Source: Marsupella aquatica (taxonomy: Eukaryota; Plantae; Marchantiophyta). From it: a DNA stretch of 64,000 nucleotides. The position numbers and the translations under genes are program-made. The stretch is from contig OZ316892.1 of the NCBI GenBank assembly GCA_973895155.1, positions 15,678,861 through 15,742,860 of the forward strand. Direction: 5' to 3'. Below the pieces are notes generated by a model. That model saw only the letters and a program-made list of their open reading frames with translations, ran no database searches and was not told the origin of the DNA. Numbering within the stretch: the stretch's first letter is position 1; every line of letters starts with the position of its first letter. Of the stretch, positions 25,938-38,800 are shown one piece after another.

Positions 25938-27018
25938 AGAGGTACAGGGCCTACAATTTTTGAGCTTGCATCTTGCCATGTAGATATGGTTGGTTCTGCT
26001 TCCACTCATGAGAAAGCAACCAATTATTTGATGGAAGCTAATGGGAAGTTTGATCTTCTACGGATTGGGCCATTAAATGGTGATTTGCAAACAAAATCAA
26101 CAAAGAGGAAGGGAATTGCGAGTGACAAAATCTCTAACCAGGACTCTTGTCATGTCGTCAGCCTAGGCCTTAAACCGGGCTTCAACTTAGATAGGCACAT
26201 CCTTCGTAAATATGAGGGTTTGGGTAGGGAGGGAAGCCCGGAATGCACCTAACTCACGTAAACTAGCGCTAAGTGCGTCTACTATTATTTATGGACCCTT
26301 CCTAGGTATGGTTTGTGTTCCGCCGCCGGAACGTACCTTAGTCGATAGCGAGATCGACCCCGGCTTACGGGCTTTTAAGCCTTCGTGCTGTCCGCCTTTG
26401 ATCTGGATTCGATGATACGGTCACTCAACCTGGGCTCGCAACCACTTACCCGCAAGTTGCACCCCATGCATGGCTCAGGTAGCGCGTTGGGCCAAGCGTT
26501 GGCACCCATACACGAGATTCACACATATGCACACGCAAGCATATAATCTTGATTTACATGAAGGAAATAATGGGAAAGGATTTTACTACATAGGGGACAT
26601 ACACGTACACTTAGTTGACCCGAAAGCTCTCAAATGAACAGGTCCAAGGCTGAGGGTGTACACTACAACGGAGCCCGGCTCCGCACTCGCCCGACAAGCT
26701 TAGTCCTACCCCCTCCCCTTGGTACTCTTTCACTCGCAGAGATCGGGACTCCCCACACATACCGCGGATGCCCCACTCTAAGACTAACAAAAAACCCCCT
26801 GCCTCTATCAAGGGGTGCACTAAATACTAAGAGCCGAGGACCGGAGTGGTCTTGTGCCCGAAGATTTGCTAACTAAGATCCTAACTAAGCTGGTTGTCAG
26901 GCCAGAAAATGGCTTGTCTTATTAGAAGATCCTAATCTACGCAGGCTGGATAGCATGGCAGTGCCGCTTTAACTAGGGCAGCCTCTTGTCCCTATAGCCT
27001 CTTTTAGCTATTCATAAC

Positions 27019-30002
27019 TGTTGTGGGAGAAATGAGACAAAGAGTTGGTTCCATCTTTACTCTTGGTAGAATATGTACATGTGGCTACAGCCTAAGTAGT
27101 TAGGGTAGTTACATAGGTAGTTATCCCAAAGGTAGACTTAACTCAAGTATGAGTTACAACACTCCCCCTTTGTAACATTGGGGTTGAAATGTTACAATCA
27201 AGAGTCTACTTTGGGTATATTCAGTGGTATACAATAGGTTTTGTTTATGTCTAGCCTATTTTATAAATGGTGTAGTCATCTCAAGTCTACTATAAATGAA
27301 TGTCAAGCTTCTCCTAATAGATGTCTTATAATTCATGTTGTATGGTAAAGTGTAAGTGGGGGATGTAACCTCATTAAAACCTCCCCTACTTTCTTTGTGG
27401 GAGGAAAGAGTATTACCATCCCCATGGGTGTAACATAATTGGGTTTAAGCATATAGTGTATGTGTAATTTCTACAAAGTCTCTTAAGGTGCTTGTCAGCA
27501 CTATAGGCTTGTTGAAGATCCTCCTTGGTTGATTGTTTCTCGTGTCTCCTTCCAATCGGGAAATGGAGACTCCTTGATGGTCACAGATTACATGCCATGA
27601 CAAAGCAAAGTATTAGTACAAAATGAAGATGATATGGTGTAATCCATGGCTTTGGAATTGGATTGGGTGTCCAATCCTAGATTTGGTGTGGGCATAACCT
27701 ATTTGAACCATATCACGTACCATATCCATAACATAGGGTTATCATATTGGGGTATGGCGCACCATCTCTTATGGTGCCTTACCATGCCATGTCTCACCTT
27801 ATGGTACCTTATGACCTGGTACTGTACCTCATATTATCATATGGTACTTTAATATCCAGTATACCTCATCAAGTATTGGTAAGTGATTGTGTTAACATCA
27901 TGTTCAATCATTTATAAAAATTCCTTAGATTTCATGATTTGCCATATGCATGGAATAAAGTTCCATTTTTAGGTATTCATTGGTGCGAAAGGCACTTGTG
28001 CAATAGGCACATCCCATGGGTTACATTGCTTGATGTCAAGTCTTACTTGAGGTCTCCCCCTCAATTTGTCATTTACTTCCATGTGCAGTACGCACTCATT
28101 GGCTTCCATGTGCAGTAGGCACGGAGCTGAACTTTTAAGTGCCGTAGGCAGCTTTTAAATGCAGTAGGCACGTTGGGAAAAACAATTCTCCCCCTGAATT
28201 TGTGAATGGCAATTCTTATATGGTAATCTTTCCAATAGATATCTTTCATTTTAATGCCATTTCGTCCCCGTTCTTAGTATGTGTGTTTCCCTGGTTCAGT
28301 GCACATTGTTCTTTGTATACGCAAATCTATTTGATGGGTTTTGCAATTAAGGAGGGTTTGCACTTAGCGGTATGTTCTCGACGTTTTCTTGACGTTTCAG
28401 CATTTTTGTTGCGAGATTTGTTCTTTGCTGCGCGCGTTCCCTTCGTGCTCTTATCCTCTTTTCTCCAAGCTTCTCTTGGTTCGTGCTCCCAATGGTCAAC
28501 TCGTAAGCTCATAACACCAATGCCCCTACCCCTGGTCGTGGATTGTTCCATCTTATCCATGCATACTGCCAATCTCACGAGAACTGTTGTTTACCAAAAC
28601 TGGCATTCTGTGTCCTTCTGTGCTATAGGTGCCGTAACTTTGGGACTCCCATTGGTCATCGCTATCCTCCTTACTTTCCTCATCCTTGTGTTTGCCTTTG
28701 ATAACGAGGAAGAAGAAATCGAAGGCACAAAAAATGCCTAAGGGAGAGAACTTTCCGCGGCGCGACAGAGTGTCCGAGTCCCCTCTTCTCTTCTCCACTT
28801 TGTTTTCCTCGTACTCGGGCGACATCTCCTGAGCAGCCGAGGCCTTTATCCGCGGCTTACCGTAATGTAGTTGCATGACACAATTCACCGCATTCCTTGC
28901 ATTGCTATCTTTCAACGTAGCAGACCTCCGGACAATTGTAGGAGTTTCCAGTGGCTTCGCTCTCAATTCAATGTGCTTGCATAGTTTTCTTGGTCACAGT
29001 TTTCGGTAAGAAGAATGAGAAATCAATCCAATTAACTTCATCAACTCCAGGAACTCACAAACAGATTGGTAGTACCGGTGGAGAAAGAGTAAGAGAACGT
29101 AGTGAAACGGACTGGACCAGGACTATTGACGCATGTGTGAACTAATGTGGCGCAGGCCAGTTCAGAATGCAAAGCAGGACTACGATGAAAATTCATTCGC
29201 GGATAACAATGAAAGAATCACTGTGTGACTTTGGGAACTAAGACCCTAAGCGGGGATAGCATTGCCTTTCCCGCAGTCCTCATTGCACGGCAGGAATGAA
29301 GAGACACAACAGGAATTCCGCAGGGACCATGATATCTTCGTAATCCTTGCCACTGTGCAGAATTAACCTAGGAATTTGATAACTTCCGAGGCAATAGGTC
29401 GCTTCAAAACTGAAATATCGATGAGGCATCATCGCAATTCTGCACTTACAGTTGACAGAGACACCAAGATCGAGGGAATCCATTGCTCAAAAAATTTGTT
29501 AAAAATGAGAAGAAGACATCCAATAGCAACCATGAAACTTAGGACGAGCGGGATCCCAACGTGCATAGCCCAAGCCAACAACAAACGATGCGGACGCCAT
29601 TTGCTCACAATACATTCCACTTTCCCTTCACACAATTGGCCGCATTCAAGCTAACATCAAATGCCATCTTCGTCCACATTCCGCCTCAATTCAGAGTGCA
29701 AAGCGAGCTGCAGCGCTTCAAGCAGTTCTCGCAGAAAAAAACTAAAAAAACTTTGGCACATTCAAATCACGTCTTCAGGGCTCTCCCTCCTTTCTTTGTC
29801 TTAGGTTGAATCAGTCATGGCCTAAAAATTCAGCCAGTCTTAGGCTCGTGCTGATAACGTGTTGTGGGAGAAATGAGACAAAGAGTTGGTTCCATCTTTA
29901 CTCTTGGTAGAATATGTACATGTGGCTACAGCCTAAGTAGTTAGGGTAGTTACATAGGTAGTTATCCCAAAGGTAGACTTAACTCAAGTATGAGTTACAA
30001 CA
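27019..30002 (-). mobile_element. Non-autonomous copia-type (Bianca-like) LTR element, 2984 bp
   Basis: Identical 143-bp LTRs (27019-27161, 29860-30002), TSD ATAAC (27014-27018, 30003-30007), minus-strand PPT AAAGGGGGAG (27162-27171) and PBS at 29847-29859. No recognisable gag or pol. Confidence 0.92.
29847..29859 (-). other. Primer-binding site complementary to the tRNA-Ile anticodon arm (half-tRNA priming)
   Basis: Minus strand CGTTATCAGCACG abuts the 5' LTR. Plus strand CGTGCTGATAACG matches the tRNA-Ile arm (as I recall it) with inosine read as G. Confidence 0.75.
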
Positions 30003-31206
30003 ATAACTTTATTTTAATCCTACTTTGTTGCTAATACCTGGCATGCTTGCCTAAGCCGCCTGAGTGGGAGCGACTATCCCGTTGCCTCCTGAGCCTGTCA
30101 GCTTCTTGCTTGATGAGTAGCTGGACCTGGTCCAGCAGAGATTCATTTTCCCGCTTTGCCGCATCCACCTCTTTTGCGGCCTCCTGACATGCCTCCTCCA
30201 GTTGCTGGGCATCGCTCGTCAGCTTATCCACCAACTGGGCCTGCTTCGTGGCTTCTCCTTGAAGCCGCGCCACCTCTGTCTTCAGGGTGTCAATCTTGGC
30301 TGTGTCCCGCTGATACCGAGAGTCAGCTTCCTCCAGATCCTTCTGCCAAATGACAGTTTGTCCCTTCAAACCATTGATCTTGGTCCGGAGCCGTGCAATC
30401 TTGGCATCCTTTTCGAGCCCGGCTTGTTCTGCTAAGGCTGCCCGGGCCCTGGCCTCGACAACTTGATCCTCTGTGGCCGCTACCTGAGGCCGCAGTTGCT
30501 GGAGTTCAGCCTCCAGGGTTGCCACTCAGCCCTTTAGGTAGGCAGACTCAACCCGGTATCGCTCTATTCTCTACGCTGTCTCCGCCTGTGCATGTCCTGC
30601 CTTTACAGCCGCAACCAACTCCTGGTTGAAGAAGTAGGCCACCTTCCGGGCCATGTACTCTCCGGTGTCTTGTGAGATCTGTTGAGAGAAATCTCCCAAC
30701 AGCCCGTTCAAAAACGTGCCCGACGCAAAGAGTTTCGGATGGTCTAGACTATGTCCATCTGGATTCGGGCACGGGCAGACTCCAACCCATGCGGGAGTAG
30801 GAGTGGAAACATCCAGCCCTTGAGGTAAGTTGCTCGAAGGGGCTGGTTCCACTGGAGCAGGGCGGGTCTCTTGCACAACCACAGGAGGTGGCAGAATCTC
30901 CTTGGCTACCGTGGTATCGGGTTTGGGTATGGCTTCATCCAGCCCGGCTTTGATTGTGTTAACCCAATTGATCGCGTCTAAGGTCGGGATAACGTCCATA
31001 GGTATGCTTGGCAGGGCGGCAGCGGCGGTTTGCAGGGCCGGGGTAGCAAGGCTTGTAGTTGCCAGACTTCGGGCCTTGGGCTGCAGTCGCCTCACTTGGG
31101 CTGGAAACACCCACTTTGACGGGGTTAGCTCAGGCTCGTTGATACGTGGGAGGTTGCGGCGGTCGAAATGAGTGTACCACTCGATGATGATTTCGATGTG
31201 GCTAGC

Positions 31207-34200
31207 TGTGATGCCTAGACAGGAATCACTCGGCCAGTTAAGTGGGTAAAGCAGGAAGGCACCCTAGGAACACCTTAGTATAGGGACAAAACAAGGAAAA
31301 TATAAACCATTAGGGGCAACCATGGAACCCGGGCCGAGGCCGGAGGTAAGGACGCTGAGGGTGAAAACTCGATTAGGGTTAGGGCGCGTTAAGCGTCGGC
31401 GGCTAGGAAGGATCAACAGGAAGAAGGACCGGCAGAGGAGAGGGGTAAGGAGCGCTTGCAGGAGATGGTGGCTCATTTGCGAGCACGAACTAGGCAGACG
31501 ACTACGGGAGGCCAACTACTGTCAGCTGCTTAGGCAAGCACTCGGGGAGAGAGTAGATACCGACGATCGACCTAAGGAGGGTATGAGCAACGTCAATCAA
31601 GCGGCACATTTCTGGGGATGCCTGTTCGAACGGGCAACTGAGTACATCAAGACTTACGAGGACGAGGAATCAGAAAGGGCAGCTCGAGAACGGCAGGAGC
31701 TCGCTCGATTGTGGAAGCTGCAGAAGACGGCTTTCTTAGGAGGCGAACTCATCAAGGACGAGTTCCTGTGGACGCCTACCTCCAATCAACTCGACGATCT
31801 TCTGTTTTGTAAAGATAGCGTCGTCGGCATCCGAGAGGCCATCAAGAACTGCAATGACATACACTGGGAATTAAAGGGTAGCACGGAAAGGTGGACCCAG
31901 GCAACGGTGCTAGGAGAAACCTCCACAGCAGCAGAGATGAAGAGGAAGGGAGCCGTCAACGATGAAGCCACCCCGGCAAAAAGAACGAGGTTGGCGGCAC
32001 CAAAGAAGCCAGCCGAGCAGCAGAGCAGGAGGCAGGGAGAAGCCGAAGAGGAGGAGGTCGATCCCATCAAGGCCATTCCAACCAGGGATGACACCTGGAA
32101 GGGCTGGGCGGCAACCCTACCGGTGGAGGTGCAACTACATTTTGCACGGGAGGAGGATGCATGCTTTACGGCCATGCAGACCAAGAAGTACCAAGGCTTC
32201 ATGGCCGGATCCGGCTTAGAGGCCTTTGTAAGATTACCATGGCTGAAGCCGGAGGTACCGGAGTCAGACCTATTAGAATTCGTGGGGTCATGGGAACCCG
32301 AGACCAATTGCACGAGGATATATGGGAAGGATTTCTATCTTACTCCCAAGGTAATTGCCAAAGTGTTTGGCTTGCCGATAGGCAATAAGACCAAAGTTGA
32401 TACCAGGAAGACCTTGCCTGACAAGGAGTTCCGGTCGTTCCCCGGGCCATCAACGAAGAATGGCTTCTTCCGGAACACCTGCACCAACCCGCACATAGGA
32501 GAGATGATCGACTTCTTGCGGGTGACCATGCATTGTAACTTGCCGAGGGCAGAGATCGGCAAGGCACAGGTCTATCTGGCAGAAAGGCCAGACCCAAGCC
32601 GGGACTACAACGGGTACCTCCTCAACCAATTGAAGAAGATCTTAAAGGAGGAGCAGCAGGTAATCGGCATGGGGAGCGTGTCGCGGCTTGGCTATCACAT
32701 GCCGCTGTTGTGCCGGTATGCCAGAGGTCAGACTTTTGCCCCAGTACTTCCCCTGCAGGTAAGGGCACCCGAGGAAGCTCCAACGCCGAGGCCGTTGGCT
32801 GAGAAGCCTCAACCACCTGTTAGCCCTACGATCGAGCAGGTGTTTAGGCCCAGGAAGGAGGACTTGCCGATGCAGCAACCAGGCATGCAGAGTCTGCTGA
32901 AACTACTGGAGAAAGAAAAGAAATCGGCATCGGCAACAATGCAGGACACTACTACAGAGGTAGGCCTACACCGGCTCACAAGAGAAAACCCCTTTGCTGG
33001 AGACAAGGAGAGAATCAGGCCGAAATCCAAGCCAGGTGTTCGAATGTATGTGGGAATCTCAAGCTCCGAATCTGAGGCAGAATTGCCTGAAGCTCCTACC
33101 GACGAAGAGGAGAGGGAGAAGCCGGACGTCCAAGAAGTAGAGTCCGAGGCAATGGAGGACTGCAGCCATGATAATTCCGGCTATGGGTCGGACCATCACG
33201 TTCCAGGAGTAAGGACTTGTGGCCGGTTTGTCCCCACACTTCCAAGGGTAGTGCGAGGGGACCCTAACCAGCAGAGTAGCCCTGAGTCTCCCCCACCAGA
33301 TGTTGCTCCCCCGAGCTTCGACGGCATAAAACAGACGGTGCAGGAATTTCAGGAGCGAATCAGGCAGGAAGAGGAGGCAGCCCTGGCTAGGGAAAAGGAT
33401 TTACCAGGAGGAGATTGGCCGGAGGACATCAGGCGGCTAGCCAAAAAAGGAAGCAAACCTCTAGCCACGATTGAAGAGATCCGCAAGACGGCTTGGGAGC
33501 AGAGGCCGCGATGGGCGATGCCGATCACTTCTACTTACTCCACCTACGCTAAGAATAGAGCCATGGAGTATGGTGAGATGTGTGGGGAACTTGCGCTCGG
33601 CATCTTTGGAGAGGAGTTGGAGGTAGGACCCTTTTTCCATAGGGAGCAGTTGGAGAAGCACCAATTAGAAGAAGCGGTGGCTTTAGAGAGAAGCAAGAAG
33701 GACGAGGTCATTCGGCGGCTTAGGAGGATGGAAGCCGAGATTGAAGATCTAAGGGCGGCCAAGAAAGCCCAAGATGAACTACGGATTAAACGGCATGAGC
33801 TGAACATCATGCAGGGGCAGTTGGACACCGCGCAGGCTGATAATCAGAATATCAAGGATAAACTGACTCAGACGCAGGGAGAGTTGGCCGACACGATCAA
33901 AGAGAGGGAGAAGTGGAAGCAAGAGCTGAAGAATACAGAGGAGGCCCACATAACAGCCAACAGCCGGGCCATGGCGGAGACCCAAAGAAAGGAATGGGCG
34001 TTGAAGGGGGAGCTCGAGAAAATCCGCGGAGCCCTTGAGCAGAAGGAGGCCGAGTTAGGGAAATCCTATCAAGGGATTATGGCGCTGCAGCAGGAGCTTG
34101 CGTCCCTGACGGCCAGCTTCAAGGCCGACCTAAGGGAGAAGGACGAGATGCTCGATCAGACTTATGCCAAGATGAACCAGATGGAGTCTGTCATCATTGC

Positions 34201-35860
34201 AGAGCTCGACAAGGAGCTAAGAGCAACCCGGGAGGAGAGGACTACCTTGAAACAAGAACGGGAGGAAGCCCAGAAGGAACTAGAGGAGGCGCACAAGGAC
34301 CTGGATGAGACCCAGGAGGAGTTGGAGGAAATCACGAGGAAGATGGAGAACCTCCAGCGGCGGGCCGACAACCAAACGGAGCGGCTAAAGAAACAAGCCG
34401 CAGTATTTAAGTGCTTGTCTTCATCAGGCCCAACTCCAATTGGGGCAACCAAGTTACCAGGAGTGGTACTGGCCGAAGAAAAAGCCGCGCCACCTGCACC
34501 AGTGCCGGAAGTAAGTGGGAAGGGGAAGGGACCAGCTGCCGAACCAGAAAAGAAGAAAAAGCGAAAACCTTCAGGGTCAAGGAGTAATCCGACTCCACAA
34601 GCCGTGGTGACCAAGGAGGTAGAACCAGCACCATCCTCCGGCATGAATACAGCAATAGATCCCGCTATCCTCACAGGTGGGGGTGGTGCGGCCCAAGCCG
34701 AACTACTCAGTAATGAGGCCGGTATTCCAGATCCGCCTCTTGAGCAGGCCGGGGAGACCGTAGCCGAGGCTGAGGCCGTAACCGATTCCCAAGCCGATGC
34801 CGACGCCGATGGTGGACCCAGTCAGGCCGATGGAGAGTTGACTCAGTCAAGGGCAGGTAATCTGTCAGAGAATGAACCTACAACAGTGGCTGAGGAGGAA
34901 GCGTTGGGGGCGTCCATTAAGGATCCTCCACCAGTGTCGTGACGGTGCAAGGGCGCCGTTCCTTTTAGGGAGGGCGGACATGGAGGGAGGAGGCGTGAGT
35001 GGGCAGGGCGGGCACTGATCTCCAAGTTTAGGATTAGGATTAGGATCAGGACCAGGAGCGGCCCTGACACTTAGCTTAGTGGGATTGCGGTTCCACTGGT
35101 AGGAGCAACACTTGTGCTCCTGCCTTGCTGTACATAGGTAGATTCGGGCAAGTAGATTACTGTTAGGTAGATTAGGCTTACAATGCAAAGAATGGCGGAT
35201 CCACTACCAGGATAAGTACCTGGGCAGCGGGGAGCTCAGGGCCTCTTCTTTAGCAAGTTTTTAGTTTGCACCAGCCGGGCTGGGATCAAGTAGTACAAGA
35301 AGCTCTCGGTTAGTCATACAGTGACCCTTGTGTATATTCATGTTTCCTCATGCCTAAGAGCTGAATAGAGTTGGCCTCACGGCTTAGTTCGCAGAGCTTG
35401 TGTATGAGATGTACTGTTTGTATGGCAAGTGCATGGTATGACTCAGTCAGAATGAGTCATTTTGCTATTTGTGTGTCGCATTAACTTGTGTGAAGAGTGC
35501 CCACATCAACCAAAAGGAAGGAAAGTAAGCAGGGGAGTGAGAGTTGGATGTGTCGAGCTGAGAGAGGTCTTAGCGGCTTAACCAAGCCTATTGGGGATCA
35601 TTCCGGCGGCGGAATCCAAACATACCTAACAAGACGGAGGGGAAGACAGGGGAAGGCCTAGATTAGGCCGGCTACGTATCTCATGACCCGATGAAGGATC
35701 TGTCCAGTATATGTGTGTAAAATGTTAACAGTAGTAGTAGAAGGTTAGCAGCGTCCCATGCCGCTAAGCCACGGAAACGGCCTCGCCAAGCGCGAAACCT
35801 GCGGGAATCGGCTTGAGCTGGGGGGTTTCTTGGGTTTAGGGAGCCATGGGACGCACCACA
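31207..35860 (+). mobile_element. Giant solo LTR, copy C3 (4654 bp)
   Basis: TGTGATGCC...CACCACA with TSD CTAGC (31202-31206, 35861-35865). Confidence 0.93.
31322..34942 (+). CDS. Intact 1206-aa LTR-encoded protein, long variant with extended coiled coil
   Basis: Single ATG-initiated ORF filling about 78% of the LTR. Confidence 0.85.
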   Translation: MEPGPRPEVRTLRVKTRLGLGRVKRRRLGRINRKKDRQRRGVRSACRRWWLICEHELGRRLREANYCQLLRQALGERVDTDDRPKEGMSNVNQAAHFWGCLFERATEYIKTYEDEESERAARERQELARLWKLQKTAFLGGELIKDEFLWTPTSNQLDDLLFCKDSVVGIREAIKNCNDIHWELKGSTERWTQATVLGETSTAAEMKRKGAVNDEATPAKRTRLAAPKKPAEQQSRRQGEAEEEEVDPIKAIPTRDDTWKGWAATLPVEVQLHFAREEDACFTAMQTKKYQGFMAGSGLEAFVRLPWLKPEVPESDLLEFVGSWEPETNCTRIYGKDFYLTPKVIAKVFGLPIGNKTKVDTRKTLPDKEFRSFPGPSTKNGFFRNTCTNPHIGEMIDFLRVTMHCNLPRAEIGKAQVYLAERPDPSRDYNGYLLNQLKKILKEEQQVIGMGSVSRLGYHMPLLCRYARGQTFAPVLPLQVRAPEEAPTPRPLAEKPQPPVSPTIEQVFRPRKEDLPMQQPGMQSLLKLLEKEKKSASATMQDTTTEVGLHRLTRENPFAGDKERIRPKSKPGVRMYVGISSSESEAELPEAPTDEEEREKPDVQEVESEAMEDCSHDNSGYGSDHHVPGVRTCGRFVPTLPRVVRGDPNQQSSPESPPPDVAPPSFDGIKQTVQEFQERIRQEEEAALAREKDLPGGDWPEDIRRLAKKGSKPLATIEEIRKTAWEQRPRWAMPITSTYSTYAKNRAMEYGEMCGELALGIFGEELEVGPFFHREQLEKHQLEEAVALERSKKDEVIRRLRRMEAEIEDLRAAKKAQDELRIKRHELNIMQGQLDTAQADNQNIKDKLTQTQGELADTIKEREKWKQELKNTEEAHITANSRAMAETQRKEWALKGELEKIRGALEQKEAELGKSYQGIMALQQELASLTASFKADLREKDEMLDQTYAKMNQMESVIIAELDKELRATREERTTLKQEREEAQKELEEAHKDLDETQEELEEITRKMENLQRRADNQTERLKKQAAVFKCLSSSGPTPIGATKLPGVVLAEEKAAPPAPVPEVSGKGKGPAAEPEKKKKRKPSGSRSNPTPQAVVTKEVEPAPSSGMNTAIDPAILTGGGGAAQAELLSNEAGIPDPPLEQAGETVAEAEAVTDSQADADADGGPSQADGELTQSRAGNLSENEPTTVAEEEALGASIKDPPPVS

Positions 35861-38800
35861 CTAGCAAAGTACGCCTTTCCGCCAAGGTATAAATTCTTTC
35901 TTCTCCGCTCCATCTCCTCGTGGAACTTCTTGACGAAGAAGGACGCCCACTTCTTGGGCCGGTAGTTCTCCACCTAGATGACCTGGGCGGCCGATATTTT
36001 GCCTCTGGGTTCCATCATGTGGAGGGCATACCGTTGGAAATCCAGGCGTTTTGCCACTTCTGGGATGAGGCACGTCCTCATCAAGAATCCATTGTCCACT
36101 GCTCCCTTGGTCGGGAAGCTAGAAGACTGGTATTTAGCTCCCTTGCCCCCAAGAGCTCGCAACTCTACCCGGTTTATCCCCTCGGGTAGGCCAAAACTCA
36201 TCTTCAAACGTGCCTCATTGAGACACATCACTCTCCCGTGCGCTCGGGTTTGTTGACGGGCCTCGTCAAAGTTCTGAATGAACTCCATCATATCCTACCT
36301 GTAGTACCTGCTTCCGTTCTAAGGGAGAGAGGCGAGGTGCTCAAACCCTTGGGTCTTTAGATAGCATGCATGCTTGGGGTGGAGGATGTTCTTGTGAACA
36401 TTGTCCCCCATGCGATGCATGGTCAGCTTGGCTACCGCAACCATGGCCAAAGGCAACCCGGATACGGCTGCGGGTTCCTTCCTCTTCCTTCCCCGGGACT
36501 GATTCCCGGGGTGAATGGAAGAGGGGGACACTTCCCCATCCTCCCTATCTGGTGGCGGTAGTGCTACCACCGTGAGTATTGGTGTCGGGGCCGCTAGAGT
36601 CACCGTGTTATCCCCTCAGGCTTGCTGGAGTGGCGCCGGGTTGTTCGGCAACTGTAGAGTCGTACCCCGCGGCCGTCGATTCAGAGGAGGGTGAGCCTCC
36701 TCGTCTTTGGAGCTAATATTCACCGCATTCACCACGGATTGTACTCGGAGAGATGGTGCAACCGGTGGCGGGGATTGGCTCGGTTGAGGCCGAGGGGGTG
36801 TGGGTGCGAGTCCGGGCACTAGCTCGGGTGGGCCAACATCGATCGTTGATGGCATAGTTGCCATGAAGTTCTGCAGGTGCCGGTGGAGGTTTTCCAAAGC
36901 AAGTGTAGACGGCATTGTCGACCAGGTAGTGTCAAACTCGCTATTGATGATAGCCTGGACCCGAGCGGGGATGTGGTCAAAGTGGTGCCGCTATAAGTCG
37001 ATCGTGCCCGGGATAGTGAAGACCGAGTTCGGAAGCCAAAGCAATGCCTCCCAGAAGCTGATGTATTTGCCTCCGTTGAAGAAGTACCCTGATATTTCTT
37101 CGGGTCGGTAAAGCTCACTCTGGGACGGGTAATCAAAGTTAAGGAGATAGTGATGGCAACCTGCTAGGCGGATGGCTCTCTTGTACTCGCGTTCGATCTC
37201 GTATTGTCGCGGGTTGGCGTGTTTTAATGAGTCGGCCAAGTGCAGCCCGATAGACAAGAACTGCGTCCAAAATCGCAAGGCCAAAATAGAAAGGATCATG
37301 TGCGACATTCATGGGAGATAGAAGGCAACTAAGGATGGTCGAGAGGACTGGGATCGTAGCTACCGCGTGGACTGAAGAACTGGTGCACTGCAAAGGATCG
37401 GCCCCCTTTTATACCCTGAGAGCTTGTCGGTCGCCTGACGCCTCCTCATTGCTTATGGGCCGAGCCTTTCACGCTTGCGGTGTACCGGCCACTCCGCCAG
37501 TCCGGGTCAGCATGTGTCAGTGGCCACCTCCCGGAGTTTGTTATACAAACCCGAGGAAGGGGCCCACTACACGCTCACAACCCGGGCGTGCGAATGGTGA
37601 CCCACCACCGGCCCGAACACGAATGCCCCTTATTGACTAATGATTTCCTACTCATAATGGCTACCTAAATACTGTCGTTACTCTAATAATTACAGCCTAA
37701 GATACCCCTAACGCGCGTGCTAAGCATGGTTAGGCCGAATCACTTATTACCCGCCGTACCGGCGGCATCACAACTCTCATCGACATGACACGGTTCTTCT
37801 TACATCCCCTGCTAAGATTGCGTCAAGGAGACAAAATCTAAACTCTACTGAGTTTAGTCCTAATTATACAAGAGGGCCGCCAACATCAATGGATTGGCCC
37901 GAGGGAGCTTCGATACCAGAGGTTGTCAATTTGTCTGAGAGTGAATCGTTTGAGGTCTTTCAGACTCCGCCCAGACGTGTCGCTACTCGTTCAACTCCTA
38001 CTCCTTCCCCTACACCTGTAGTCCCACTACCCGTTGCCGAGTCAAGTGCTCCGTTGACATGCCATGAAGTAAGAGTTCCCCAAGGGAGTTGGTATATAGG
38101 TAGAATGTCTTCCAAAGGGGTCGGCCCAAAGTGTTGTGGGTTTCTTGGTAGGTCTGCAACTCGAGAGGAATGTCAAAATTCTGTGAAAAAAGTATCGTTT
38201 TTGGACCCAAGGGGCCGTGTGGCTATTGCGGTTTTTGCTGCACACAAGATTTTTGGATCAAACGTACCTCGAGTCACTTGGTTCTGTCCAAATAATGTTT
38301 GTTTTCAAGGAAAGCCACGACGTTCCATTGTTTCCTTACCACCAATTCCTGATGTTTTGCCTGTTATGCTAGGGACCAGTCTTGCTAGTGAGGAAATTAT
38401 GTTCCTCATTGAGAAAGGGCTTTCCTTGGATTTAGGCATGCAAACTAATCCCTCTGGAAGAGAACATGTGACAAATGTCTCCCCATCGGTGAGTGCCCCT
38501 TCACCTCTGGAGTTACAAATTAATGTCAGTACATTTTGTGAGATGGTAAACTTGAATGACCCGTTGCATCGATTTTCAAGTCGAAATGGGAAGTCAATTC
38601 AAATGAGGGTCACTCTTTTGTCAGAGCATTTGAAACGCATCAAATCATCAGAGGAGGAGCAGATGCGAGTATTGACAGAGAACATCATCGAGTTGGGAAA
38701 TGGTTGGGGAAAACAATTGTTTGTTGCAACACACGAGACAGATGGAAGGATACCAAAAAGATATTAATTGGGTCCAAGTTTGTTGTTTTCCATCATGCTC

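Larger units (their letters stand above)
30031..37308 (-). pseudogene. Family B LTR-encoded protein, split by solo LTR C3
   Basis: Fragments from 37308 to 35866, then 31206 to 30031; same domain order as 1511-4110. Confidence 0.75.
26148..37772 (-). mobile_element. Giant solo LTR, family B, copy B (~3977 bp net), hosting two younger insertions
   Basis: TG...CA termini and TSD ACTCT (26143-26147, 37773-37777); homologous to 611-4578. Confidence 0.88.

Noticed and set aside
28202-28741. 179-aa hydrophobic ORF
   Set aside because: Non-ATG start, antisense to the element and no recognisable motif.
33640-34400. env-like or SMC/myosin gene
   Set aside because: Generic coiled coil with no transmembrane segment or ATPase motif.
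31207-35860. Family C unit as a DNA transposon or host gene
   Set aside because: It has TG..CA ends, a 5-bp TSD, no transposase motif, and an equivalent copy sits after pol and a PPT.
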